Virus record (IMG/VR): IMGVR_UViG_3300035703_000016
Location: 94,435-158,434 of that record
Length of the DNA: 64,000 nt
Strand: one strand, 5' to 3'
From: a virus
Part shown: positions 48,699 through 55,591 of the stretch, one piece after another
Layout of the letters: every line of letters starts with the position of its first letter
Position numbering within the stretch: the first letter of the stretch is position 1
Made by a program: the position numbers and the translations under genes
The notes under the pieces: generated by a model
Told to the model about the DNA's origin: nothing
What the model saw: the letters and a program-made list of their open reading frames with translations, nothing else
Database searches by the model: none

Positions 48699-49361
48699 CT
48701 AATCTGCGTGGTGATCATGCTCCATTAAAGATTTATTTGGTCTGTCTTTTAGTAGTGTTACTACCTCACTCAGAGAATATGGAATTAAGTTATTTCCATC
48801 CACACCCACATCAAGCATTTTACCTGGACCAAGTTTTCTCATTTTATCTAAATGAACATGTCCATGAAGATGCATCCACCCCTTTCTTATGTTGTTGTGA
48901 GACGCTATAGGAAAGTGACATAAAACAAAGTTATGCTTAGTTAATCCACCCAATATCTGATGAGTTGCGTTTTTTGTTATTTCTAACTCCAAGTAATGAT
49001 GTACAGACGAAAATAACGATTGATAGTTGTCTGTGTTCTTCTGGATATGCTCATCATGATTTCCATATACAAATATAATATTCTTGCAAACAATGCGATT
49101 GCGGAACTCTGGGATATGCTGATGACCTCCAAAAGAGAAGTCTCCAAGGTGAACTAAAATATCCTTTTGTCCAACTCTTCTGTTTATATTATTAATTAAT
49201 GCGGAATTCATTTCTTCGAGATTTTTAAAATCCCTAGTTCTTAAATGACCTTTTGAAGGATCGTCTAGCCATTCGCTAACACCTCTGCAGATGTTCTTGT
49301 GGTTTATGTGCGTATCTGAAGTAAAGAATATATCTTGACCTTGATTTAATGTAATCTTCAT
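48699..49361 (-). CDS. Calcineurin-like metallophosphoesterase
   Basis: TSDTH..H, HLGD, GNHD, LCHFP, HLHGHVH, DVGVD. Confidence 0.9.
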   Translation of the reverse strand: MKITLNQGQDIFFTSDTHINHKNICRGVSEWLDDPSKGHLRTRDFKNLEEMNSALINNINRRVGQKDILVHLGDFSFGGHQHIPEFRNRIVCKNIIFVYGNHDEHIQKNTDNYQSLFSSVHHYLELEITKNATHQILGGLTKHNFVLCHFPIASHNNIRKGWMHLHGHVHLDKMRKLGPGKMLDVGVDGNNLIPYSLSEVVTLLKDRPNKSLMEHDHHAD

Positions 49362-49391
49362 TTTTTAAATTTAGTATTTTTTAAAAATCTT

Positions 49392-49622
49392 CTAATTAGT
49401 CCACTGAATTACTTCATAATCATATTTAGTCAATGCTATTAGAGGAGCACTAGTCAACCAAGGAGACTCACTTTTAGATCCTTTTTGGTATTTTGGATTA
49501 GTAATGTATACTACTTGAGTTTCTGGATCATAGTCTACATTGGATACTTCAATAGGAATATTTGGTAGATCAAATCCGCGTTTCTCATTTCCGTCTTTTA
49601 CGATTATCAATTTTGGCTTCAT
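49392..49622 (-). CDS. Hypothetical protein
   Basis: ORF track. Confidence 0.5.
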   Translation of the reverse strand: MKPKLIIVKDGNEKRGFDLPNIPIEVSNVDYDPETQVVYITNPKYQKGSKSESPWLTSAPLIALTKYDYEVIQWTN

Positions 49623-49642
49623 AACTTTTATTTTTATAGATG

Positions 49643-49713
49643 TAGTCCCAAAGGGATTCGAACCCCTACGTTCTCCTTAGAAGAGAGACAGTCTTCCATT
49701 AACTTATAGGACT
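49643..49713 (-). tRNA. trnR: tRNA-Arg(TCT)
   Basis: TCTCT-CTTCTAA-GGAGA in register with D-arm. Confidence 0.85.
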
Positions 49714-49790
49714 ATGGTCCGGGTCTATCCCCGACTGTCATATCAACTGTTCTATGCATATTTAGGTCGTTATATATCTACACCTTATCG

Positions 49791-49862
49791 TGCACCTTAA
49801 GGGGATTGAACCCATGACCTCCACATTATGAGTGTGTTGCTCTACCGCTGAGCTAAAGGTGC
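49791..49862 (-). tRNA. tRNA with CAT anticodon (elongator Met or Ile2)
   Basis: ACACA-CTCATAA-TGTGG; paired 1:72. Confidence 0.85.
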
Positions 49863-49871
49863 AAAAAAATA

Positions 49872-50165
49872 CTAATTATTAACTTTATTTTTATATGTAT
49901 ATGTTGCGTCAAATGTTAACCATGACATATCTTTAACAATAAATCTTCTAATATAATAAAAAGGATTAAACCATTTAGTTATGTTATTAAATTTGTTTAT
50001 TGTACTAACAATCTTAACGCATTTAATATAATCTTCAAGTGTCAATAAATTACTATTACATTTTGGGCATTTTGAATCTATATATTTTTCATAATCTTCC
50101 CAAGCAACTGAATCATCTCTGTATGAGCAATGATCACATTTTAATCCACTAAAATTAACTTCCAT
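49872..50165 (-). CDS. Zn-ribbon hypothetical protein
   Basis: KCDHC...KCPKC; ATG at 50165 avoids tRNA overlap. Confidence 0.6.
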   Translation of the reverse strand: MEVNFSGLKCDHCSYRDDSVAWEDYEKYIDSKCPKCNSNLLTLEDYIKCVKIVSTINKFNNITKWFNPFYYIRRFIVKDMSWLTFDATYTYKNKVNN

Positions 50166-50187
50166 AACTTTTTTATTTTTTAAAAAG

Positions 50188-50262
50188 CGGTCTATCACGG
50201 ATTCGAACCGAGGATCTCCTCATAGACAGTGAGGAGGGACGTCCAGACTCCCCTAATAGACC
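50188..50262 (-). tRNA. trnD: tRNA-Asp(GTC)
   Basis: CCTCA-CTGTCTA-TGAGG. Confidence 0.88.
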
Positions 50263-50281
50263 AATTATATTTTTTTTAAAG

Positions 50282-50363
50282 TGCTCCAGGAGGGACTCGA
50301 ACCCTCAATCCTTACGGAGTCTGTTTCTAAGACAGAAGTGTATACCAGTTCCACCACCGGAGC
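50282..50363 (-). tRNA. trnL: tRNA-Leu(TAG)
   Basis: TCTGT-CTTAGAA-ACAGA; long variable arm. Confidence 0.9.
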
Positions 50364-50371
50364 ATATATCA

Positions 50372-50578
50372 CTAATAATCACCTAAATCAACATGAATAG
50401 CCTTTGACTCAAGAGAAGTTAATAGAGATATATTTAATTCTTCATCGTATAGACCACCAGTATCTAAAATCTCTCTTATCATAATTTCAGCATCATTTAT
50501 ATTTCCTGCGCTAACTATTATCGTGCTGCCAACATAGTGACCTGGACCTCGATGAAGGTAAAAGTTTAAGTTTTTCAT
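50372..50578 (-). CDS. Hypothetical protein
   Basis: ORF track, between tRNAs. Confidence 0.5.
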   Translation of the reverse strand: MKNLNFYLHRGPGHYVGSTIIVSAGNINDAEIMIREILDTGGLYDEELNISLLTSLESKAIHVDLGDY

Positions 50579-50581
50579 AAG

Positions 50582-50665
50582 TGCCGCACATAGGATTCGA
50601 ACCTATTCAGTCATAAGACAACGATTTTACAGACCGTCCTAGCTCTCCAACTCTAGCGGTGTGGC
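50582..50665 (-). tRNA. trnY: tRNA-Tyr(GTA)
   Basis: ACGGT-CTGTAAA-ATCGT; long variable arm. Confidence 0.85.
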
Positions 50666-50716
50666 ATTGTAAATATACTAAAAGATCTTGACAACATTCA
50701 GTCTATCTTTTAAGTG

Positions 50717-50789
50717 CGGGTATGGAAGGATTCGAACCTACGACCTGAGAGTTAACAGCTCCCTGCTCTACCACTGGAGCTACATACCC
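50717..50789 (-). tRNA. trnN: tRNA-Asn(GTT)
   Basis: GGGAG-CTGTTAA-CTCTC. Confidence 0.9.
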
Positions 50790-50796
50790 ATAATTT

Positions 50797-50871
50797 TGGT
50801 AGGACCACCAGGACTCGAACCTGAATTAATTGAGTATCAGTCAACTGTGCTAACCATTCTACTATAGTCCT
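50797..50871 (-). tRNA. trnI: tRNA-Ile(GAT), CCA encoded
   Basis: GTTGA-CTGATAC-TCAAT. Confidence 0.88.
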
Positions 50872-50878
50872 AAAAGCG

Positions 50879-50963
50879 CGGAAGATGGAGGTAACGATCC
50901 CCCTTGGGTTTTATCCCAGCCATAGCTTAGCAAGCCAGCCGATTACCTTTCTCGCAATCTTCC
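50879..50963 (-). tRNA. trnS: tRNA-Ser(GCT)
   Basis: TGGC-TTGCTAA-GCTA; long variable arm; atypical T-loop ATCGTTA. Confidence 0.8.
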
Positions 50964-51018
50964 AAAATGTAGGGGTTCTCTAACCGGACTTCTCTGCTGG
51001 TACCCTACTCCGGATTTG

Positions 51019-51089
51019 TGTGACAGTGGGTTTCGATCCCTTTCTAAGATATTCACAACATCTCGTGCTTCCATTACACTACAGTCACC
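51019..51089 (-). tRNA. trnH: tRNA-His(GTG)
   Basis: AGATG-TTGTGAA-TATCT; G-1 present; T-loop ATCGAAA. Confidence 0.8.
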
Positions 51090-51182
51090 ATGTTAAAAAG
51101 TAACTCACTGGAAACGTTATTACTGAAGTTATCAGCCTATGCGTTAAGCACTCCTATTATGTTACTTTCTCGTACTCCAAGT

Positions 51183-51273
51183 TGGCGGTAGAGGTAGGAT
51201 TCGAACCCACAACCCGAGTAAACGAGACCGGTTTTCAAGACCGGAGCGGTCAGCCATTACGCTTTACTCTACC
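51183..51273 (-). tRNA. trnS: tRNA-Ser(TGA), CCA encoded
   Basis: CCGGT-CTTGAAA-ACCGG; long variable arm. Confidence 0.9.
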
Positions 51274-51470
51274 AAAATATCTTTACTGTCTTCTTTACAG
51301 AGAAAAATGCATTTGTTGCCATGTGTAATCTTGGGTGAGCCTATTCAGCATACATCTCTTTCATTGAATAACGCTACTGTAATAGCTATGATTGCTTTCT
51401 TCCTACGACTTTACGGGTGATTCACCAAGGAGTTTCATTATCACTATTCAACTAATCAAGCAATAAATTG

Positions 51471-51542
51471 TAGTCGTTAATGGAATCGAACCACTATCTT
51501 TGGGATCAAAACCCAACGTGTTAGCCTTTATACTAAACGACT
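51471..51542 (-). tRNA. trnQ: tRNA-Gln(TTG)
   Basis: TTGGG-TTTTGAT-CCCAA. Confidence 0.88.
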
Positions 51543-51549
51543 ATATTAG

Positions 51550-51622
51550 AGCGAGTGATGGGATTCAAACCCACAACCCCCGACTTGGAAGGACGGTGCG
51601 CTATCAGTTGCGCTACACTCGC
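51550..51622 (-). tRNA. trnG: tRNA-Gly(TCC)
   Basis: CCGTC-CTTCCAA-GTCGG; GCG acceptor, U73. Confidence 0.88.
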
Positions 51623-51823
51623 ATAGTTAATAATTAATTTTATCGAATTCGTTGGACACATTTGCTAAATTATTATTACCCTCATATGCTCTTGTCGGCA
51701 CACCTAGAATTTGCATCTGGAATCTGGGCTTGTCATGCCTCAGCGGGTTAATCTTATCTAATAATTCTTATTCGCACACAAAATATCGTTTCTGTTGACG
51801 TTTCGTTAGTTAATTTTTTTGTG

Positions 51824-51898
51824 TAGTCACTGTCAGATTCGAACTGACGACCTATTGCTTGTAAGGCAATTGCTCTGAACCAACTGAGCTAAGCGACT
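51824..51898 (-). tRNA. trnV: tRNA-Val(TAC)
   Basis: ATTGC-CTTACAA-GCAAT. Confidence 0.9.
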
Positions 51899-51958
51899 GA
51901 TTTGCGTTTACCTTTGCAAAGGTTATAGAGGCACGCATACGCCTTTATCTATATTATG

Positions 51959-52032
51959 TGGAATCGATGAGATTCGAACTCATCACATAGATCTTGCAAA
52001 GATCCATCGCCAGCCTAGGAACATGCGACCCC
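51959..52032 (-). tRNA. trnA: tRNA-Ala(TGC)
   Basis: GGATC-TTTGCAA-GATCT; G3.U70; divergent D-arm. Confidence 0.82.
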
Positions 52033-52126
52033 TTGCGCCCATCTTTTCACTGCTATGGCGGAGACTAGTTTTTCAACTACTGATGGACCCCGCTGACCTT
52101 TATATAGAAAATGCCAGTAAAACTTG

Positions 52127-52201
52127 TATAAGTGGAGAGATTCGAACTCTCGATAACTTGGTCCCAAACCAAGAGGGTATAGCCTTCTGCCCGACACCTA
52201 T
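52127..52201 (-). tRNA. trnP: tRNA-Pro(TGG)
   Basis: CTTGG-TTTGGGA-CCAAG. Confidence 0.82.
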
Positions 52202-52279
52202 ATAATTCGTTTGTTTATTAAAAGTAATACTATTTTTTGATCTTTTTCAATTGATCTTAAAAGTGTTACCTTTTTTTTG

Positions 52280-52350
52280 AAGGCGATACAAGATTTGAAC
52301 TTGTGTAGTGGGATTTGCAATCCCAAGCCTCGCCTCTCGGCCAATCGCCC
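52280..52350 (-). tRNA. trnC: tRNA-Cys(GCA)
   Basis: TGGGA-TTGCAAA-TCCCA; U73. Confidence 0.88.
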
Positions 52351-52442
52351 AGTGTGGTAGATATTGAATCACACGATTATTGGTTATTCTCTAATCTTCA
52401 ATATACGCTATCTACCAAAACCTATGCGTATAAAGAACCTCG

Positions 52443-52515
52443 TAGCTCCAAAGGGATTCGAACCCCTATCTGATGATTCGTAGTCACCCGTTCTTATCCA
52501 TTGAACTATGGAACT
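52443..52515 (-). tRNA. trnR: tRNA-Arg(ACG)
   Basis: GGTGA-CTACGAA-TCATC. Confidence 0.9.
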
Positions 52516-52525
52516 ATATTTTTTG

Positions 52526-52599
52526 CACCGAGAACCGGAGTCGAACCGATAATTGCCTGCTTACAAGGCAGGTGCTGTAACCAATTGAGCCATCCCGGT
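52526..52599 (-). tRNA. trnT: tRNA-Thr(TGT)
   Basis: CCTGC-CTTGTAA-GCAGG. Confidence 0.88.
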
Positions 52600-52744
52600 A
52601 AATTACAACTTTTAAATTATCCCCATAGTTGTCAACTGTGCTGGCATACGATCCAGAGGTTCAGTGGCGGGTGGTGTAGCTATACACCTTAACCAGACTT
52701 TCCTATCTTCGATTCATAGTGAACGTTCACCAGAGGACTTTTTG

Positions 52745-52815
52745 CACAATCAGCAGGATTCGAACCTACATCAACGGTTTTGGAGACCGCTATTCTACCA
52801 TTGAACTATGAATGT
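52745..52815 (-). tRNA. trnW: tRNA-Trp(CCA)
   Basis: GCGGT-CTCCAAA-ACCGT; G73. Confidence 0.88.
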
Positions 52816-52824
52816 GTGTTTGCT

Positions 52825-53295
52825 CTATTGAAGAGCTTTTATGATTTTATCTTTTATTCCAGTCTGTTTAATTCCTTCTGATGAAAGAGGAGTTCGAATA
52901 AAATTTTCAAGTTCGGAAAGATCTAAATCATCTACTGCAACCCATTTTATTATTTCTGGATGAAGAGATAAAAAATCATTAATTTCTTCTACTCTTGCTT
53001 TTTCGAGTTGAGATCCAGAACAACTAATGTATGAAGTAATATCAATTGGTAATTTCCTAATTCCTCTTATTTTGTACAACTCTTGAAGTTCTTCTAAAGT
53101 AGCATAATGTCTCCAATCTGATGAAATTACTATTTCACAATTTGTTATTTCAATAATTTCATTTAAAATTTCAAGAGCTTTACTATTAAAATTATCGAAT
53201 CTTTTATCTATCCCGTCACCTTTTTTAAGAGCTCTACTGCCCCATTCACTAGATAAACAAATTACACCATCGTGATCTAAAAATAAAACTTTCAT
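52825..53295 (-). CDS. HAD-superfamily phosphatase ('Swiss army knife' RNA-repair-like HAD)
   Basis: VLFLDHDGVI, VISSDWR, R..EI..FL, WVAVDD; ATG at 53295. Confidence 0.82.
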   Translation of the reverse strand: MKVLFLDHDGVICLSSEWGSRALKKGDGIDKRFDNFNSKALEILNEIIEITNCEIVISSDWRHYATLEELQELYKIRGIRKLPIDITSYISCSGSQLEKARVEEINDFLSLHPEIIKWVAVDDLDLSELENFIRTPLSSEGIKQTGIKDKIIKALQ

Positions 53296-53309
53296 GATTT
53301 TAGTTATTG

Positions 53310-54119
53310 TGCGCCCGGATGGATTCAAACCAACATCGAAATAGCGAAATTAAAGATAATATTCTCTTTTAATTTTATGACATCTAGGATAATTAGCCCC
53401 CTTAGCAGCTAAATTGACTTCTATAAGAGCTTGTCTCATATTCCAATTATTATTTAATAAAGCTTCTAATAGTCTTTCATCAGTTACTTTACATCCTTTA
53501 CGTCTTTGTATTTTTTTATTACGACCTCTCCAAGTATCTGTTAATGCATGACAATTTGGACATAGTAACTCGAGGTTATTTCTATCATTATTAAAATGGT
53601 CACCATCTTTATGTTCTAATTCTAATGGAATATCTCTGCCTTGCCATTTATCATTTCCGCAATTGTTACACTTTCGTCCTTGTTCATAATAAATCTTAAG
53701 TCTCTGATTAGGCCATGTTAGCTCTTCAAATTTAGTTTCAATAATCTTAATGATTTTCTTTTGTCTATTCTCTTCAACCCTCTGTTTATATTTTATAATT
53801 CGTTCAGAATTATCTGCATTTTTTCTATTAGCTTGTTTTACTTTATCAGATTTTTTTGCAGATTCTGATTTTTTCTTCTTATCTTCCTCTGACCATGATT
53901 TGCCTTGTCGACATTTCATGGAACAATAATTAATCAATCCTTTACTCGGTTGAAATTCTACACCGCATTTATTACAATTCTTCATGAGATATTTTTTTAT
54001 TATAAATATCCCAATTGAACCTTTAATATAGTAAATTTTAAAATAATTATTAAAATAATTCCTAAACAGATAAAAGATAAAAATTAGTGCAATGCTCTAA
54101 TCAACTGAGCTACGAGCGC
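53310..54119 (-). pseudogene. tRNA gene split into 5' half (54086-54119) and 3' half (53310-53337) by an HNH gene
   Basis: 5' GCGCTCG-TA-GCTCAGTTGATTAGAGC-A-TTGCA-CT; 3' GTTGG-TTTGAAT-CCATC-CGGGCGC-A; acceptor strands complementary. Confidence 0.75.
53350..53985 (-). CDS. HNH homing endonuclease
   Basis: N-terminal CxxC...YCSMKC; CNNCG...LELEHKDGD..NN..NNLELLCPNCHALT. Confidence 0.9.
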   Translation of the reverse strand: MKNCNKCGVEFQPSKGLINYCSMKCRQGKSWSEEDKKKKSESAKKSDKVKQANRKNADNSERIIKYKQRVEENRQKKIIKIIETKFEELTWPNQRLKIYYEQGRKCNNCGNDKWQGRDIPLELEHKDGDHFNNDRNNLELLCPNCHALTDTWRGRNKKIQRRKGCKVTDERLLEALLNNNWNMRQALIEVNLAAKGANYPRCHKIKREYYL

Positions 54120-54291
54120 ATTTTTTAAATTTTGTTTTACGGAATTTCTTCCAATTTCTTTGTCTTCCTTTTCCTCTACTATTACAACCGCGATTTGGTC
54201 CACATATTGGACATCCAAGTACTACACTTCTAAGTGCAAGTTTGTAAGTTCGAGAATCTAGTGTCTCTGATACAATTTTATTTACTTTCAT
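54097..54291 (-). CDS. Small basic Cys-containing protein
   Basis: CPICGPNRGCN...RNWKKFRKTKFK; 3' end runs into the tRNA 5' half. Confidence 0.5.
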   Translation of the reverse strand: MKVNKIVSETLDSRTYKLALRSVVLGCPICGPNRGCNSRGKGRQRNWKKFRKTKFKKCARSSVD

Positions 54292-54355
54292 TTTATTAGG
54301 TTTTTAAAACCTAATACATGTCAAATTTCTTTTTCATTTTATTTATATTTTTCCG

Positions 54356-54428
54356 CGGTAATGATCAGTATCGACCTGATTCCTCCAGATTTTCAGTCTG
54401 GCGCTTCTATCTAGTTAGCTTCATTACC
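54356..54428 (-). tRNA. trnF: tRNA-Phe(GAA), first tRNA of the array
   Basis: CCAGA-CTGAAAA-TCTGG; atypical A8 and T-loop GTCGATA. Confidence 0.82.
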
Positions 54429-54510
54429 TTGTTTGTTTGCTATATTGTAAATGTACAAAATCCTTTTGACATTTTAAAGTTTTTCTCGTATATTTGTTTT
54501 TATTATCATT

Positions 54511-54549
54511 AAAAAAGCCCTGAAATTTTTTTAATTATCCAGGGCTTTT
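54511..54549 (-). terminator. Intrinsic terminator of putative attenuator
   Basis: AAAAGCCCTGGA-loop-TTCAGGGCTTTTTT on minus strand. Confidence 0.8.
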
Positions 54550-54571
54550 AAAATTAGATTATAAAGTTTAT

Positions 54572-54688
54572 TTATCCTTTATCGTCTGTATCCCTGAAAG
54601 GTTTATATTTTCCCCAAAAGCTAATACTTATTGGAGTAAGAGCTCCAGTATTGATGTCTAGTTTTAAATGTCTTGGATGTTGTATCAT
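54572..54688 (-). CDS. Putative 38-aa attenuator leader peptide (not in ORF track)
   Basis: MIQHPRHLKLDINTGALTPISISFWGKYKPFRDTDDKG*; 5 nt after TATTTATA; contains TTTCAGGG identical to the terminator 3' arm. Confidence 0.65.
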   Translation of the reverse strand: MIQHPRHLKLDINTGALTPISISFWGKYKPFRDTDDKG

Positions 54689-54741
54689 ATTTTATAAATA
54701 TCTGAATATAAATATAAATCAAGAAATTGAGAAAAATTATT

Positions 54742-54957
54742 TTATTTTTTAAGTGGATAAATAACTTCTACAATTTTACTATTACCACTTGATTTCACTT
54801 CAAAATCCCTAATGTGAAGAGCTTCAAAATGTTCATACACTCTAGCTTCACTCTCTGTAACTGAATCAGCTTCTACTAAATACTTTACAATTTCTTTTTT
54901 TGGCTTGTCCTTGTTAGGATCTACTGTTCTAAATTCTACTTTAACTTCAAAAAACAT
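54742..54957 (-). CDS. DUF4494-like protein (Bacteroidota-associated family)
   Basis: FEVKV...KK...YLVEA.SVTESEARV...FEVKS...KIVEV. Confidence 0.65.
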   Translation of the reverse strand: MFFEVKVEFRTVDPNKDKPKKEIVKYLVEADSVTESEARVYEHFEALHIRDFEVKSSGNSKIVEVIYPLKK

Positions 54958-54995
54958 AGTTATTTTATTAATAAGTATACAAAAAATTACGAAAA

Positions 54996-55586
54996 TTAAG
55001 GAATATATAATAATGTTGGATTATTTTTATGAACATCTACTTCTGAAAATGTATGAGAAAATGAATCTAGTCTAAAAGGTCGAGTAATTAAATGAATTCC
55101 ATTTTTAGTAGGAATTTTAGCAATAATTTTTTCACCTTCTGGCATCTCCGACTCTATATATTTAGTCATAGAATCAATGTATACTGAATCTATAGTTTCA
55201 CTAAAGTCAATATCAATTATCCAACTTTTATTCTCTCCTGTACCAAATTGACCAGAAACACTTTCATACGCTTTTCTAACTGATTTAAAATCTTTATTAA
55301 GAATCTGATCAGTTACTTTTTTTAGCATTTGGAATGCTAATGTTTCAAAAGATCTAGGATTTAAATTAATATAAGCTCTTGCATTATGAAATTTACATAA
55401 TTCAACAATCTCAGGATATTTTTTATTTAAATAGTCTAAACTTGATATATAATAAGTTTTAACAACATATGAATTTCTTCCAATTTCAGGATGTTCTTTT
55501 TTTCTTTTTAGAATCTGCAAATGATAGAATGTATCATTAGAGCTAAAATGAAGCAGCTTTTCTATTATCGCTATGTTATCTATCAT
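54996..55586 (-). CDS. Hypothetical protein, possible AEP-like fold
   Basis: RAYINLN.R, WIIDID, IPTKNGIHLITRPF. Confidence 0.55.
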   Translation of the reverse strand: MIDNIAIIEKLLHFSSNDTFYHLQILKRKKEHPEIGRNSYVVKTYYISSLDYLNKKYPEIVELCKFHNARAYINLNPRSFETLAFQMLKKVTDQILNKDFKSVRKAYESVSGQFGTGENKSWIIDIDFSETIDSVYIDSMTKYIESEMPEGEKIIAKIPTKNGIHLITRPFRLDSFSHTFSEVDVHKNNPTLLYIP

Positions 55587-55591
55587 AATTA

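Noticed and set aside
49643-49713. Amber suppressor (CTA) reading of this tRNA and genome recoding
   Set aside because: D-arm register gives TCT (Arg) with a fully paired stem; conserved genes are uninterrupted and end in TAA, TAG or TGA.
52015-52692. Track ORFs 52015-52197, 52023-52205 and 52501-52692
   Set aside because: They overlap well-formed tRNA genes and are not credible CDS.
52619-52738. RNase P RNA
   Set aside because: Only a CR-I-like word is present; the element is too short and has no CR-V (ACAGAA..GGCUUA) partner.
53338-54085. Self-splicing group I intron in the tRNA
   Set aside because: Non-coding flanks are ~100 nt and ~12 nt, AT-rich, with no P3-P7 core, and the 3' anticodon stem is absent.
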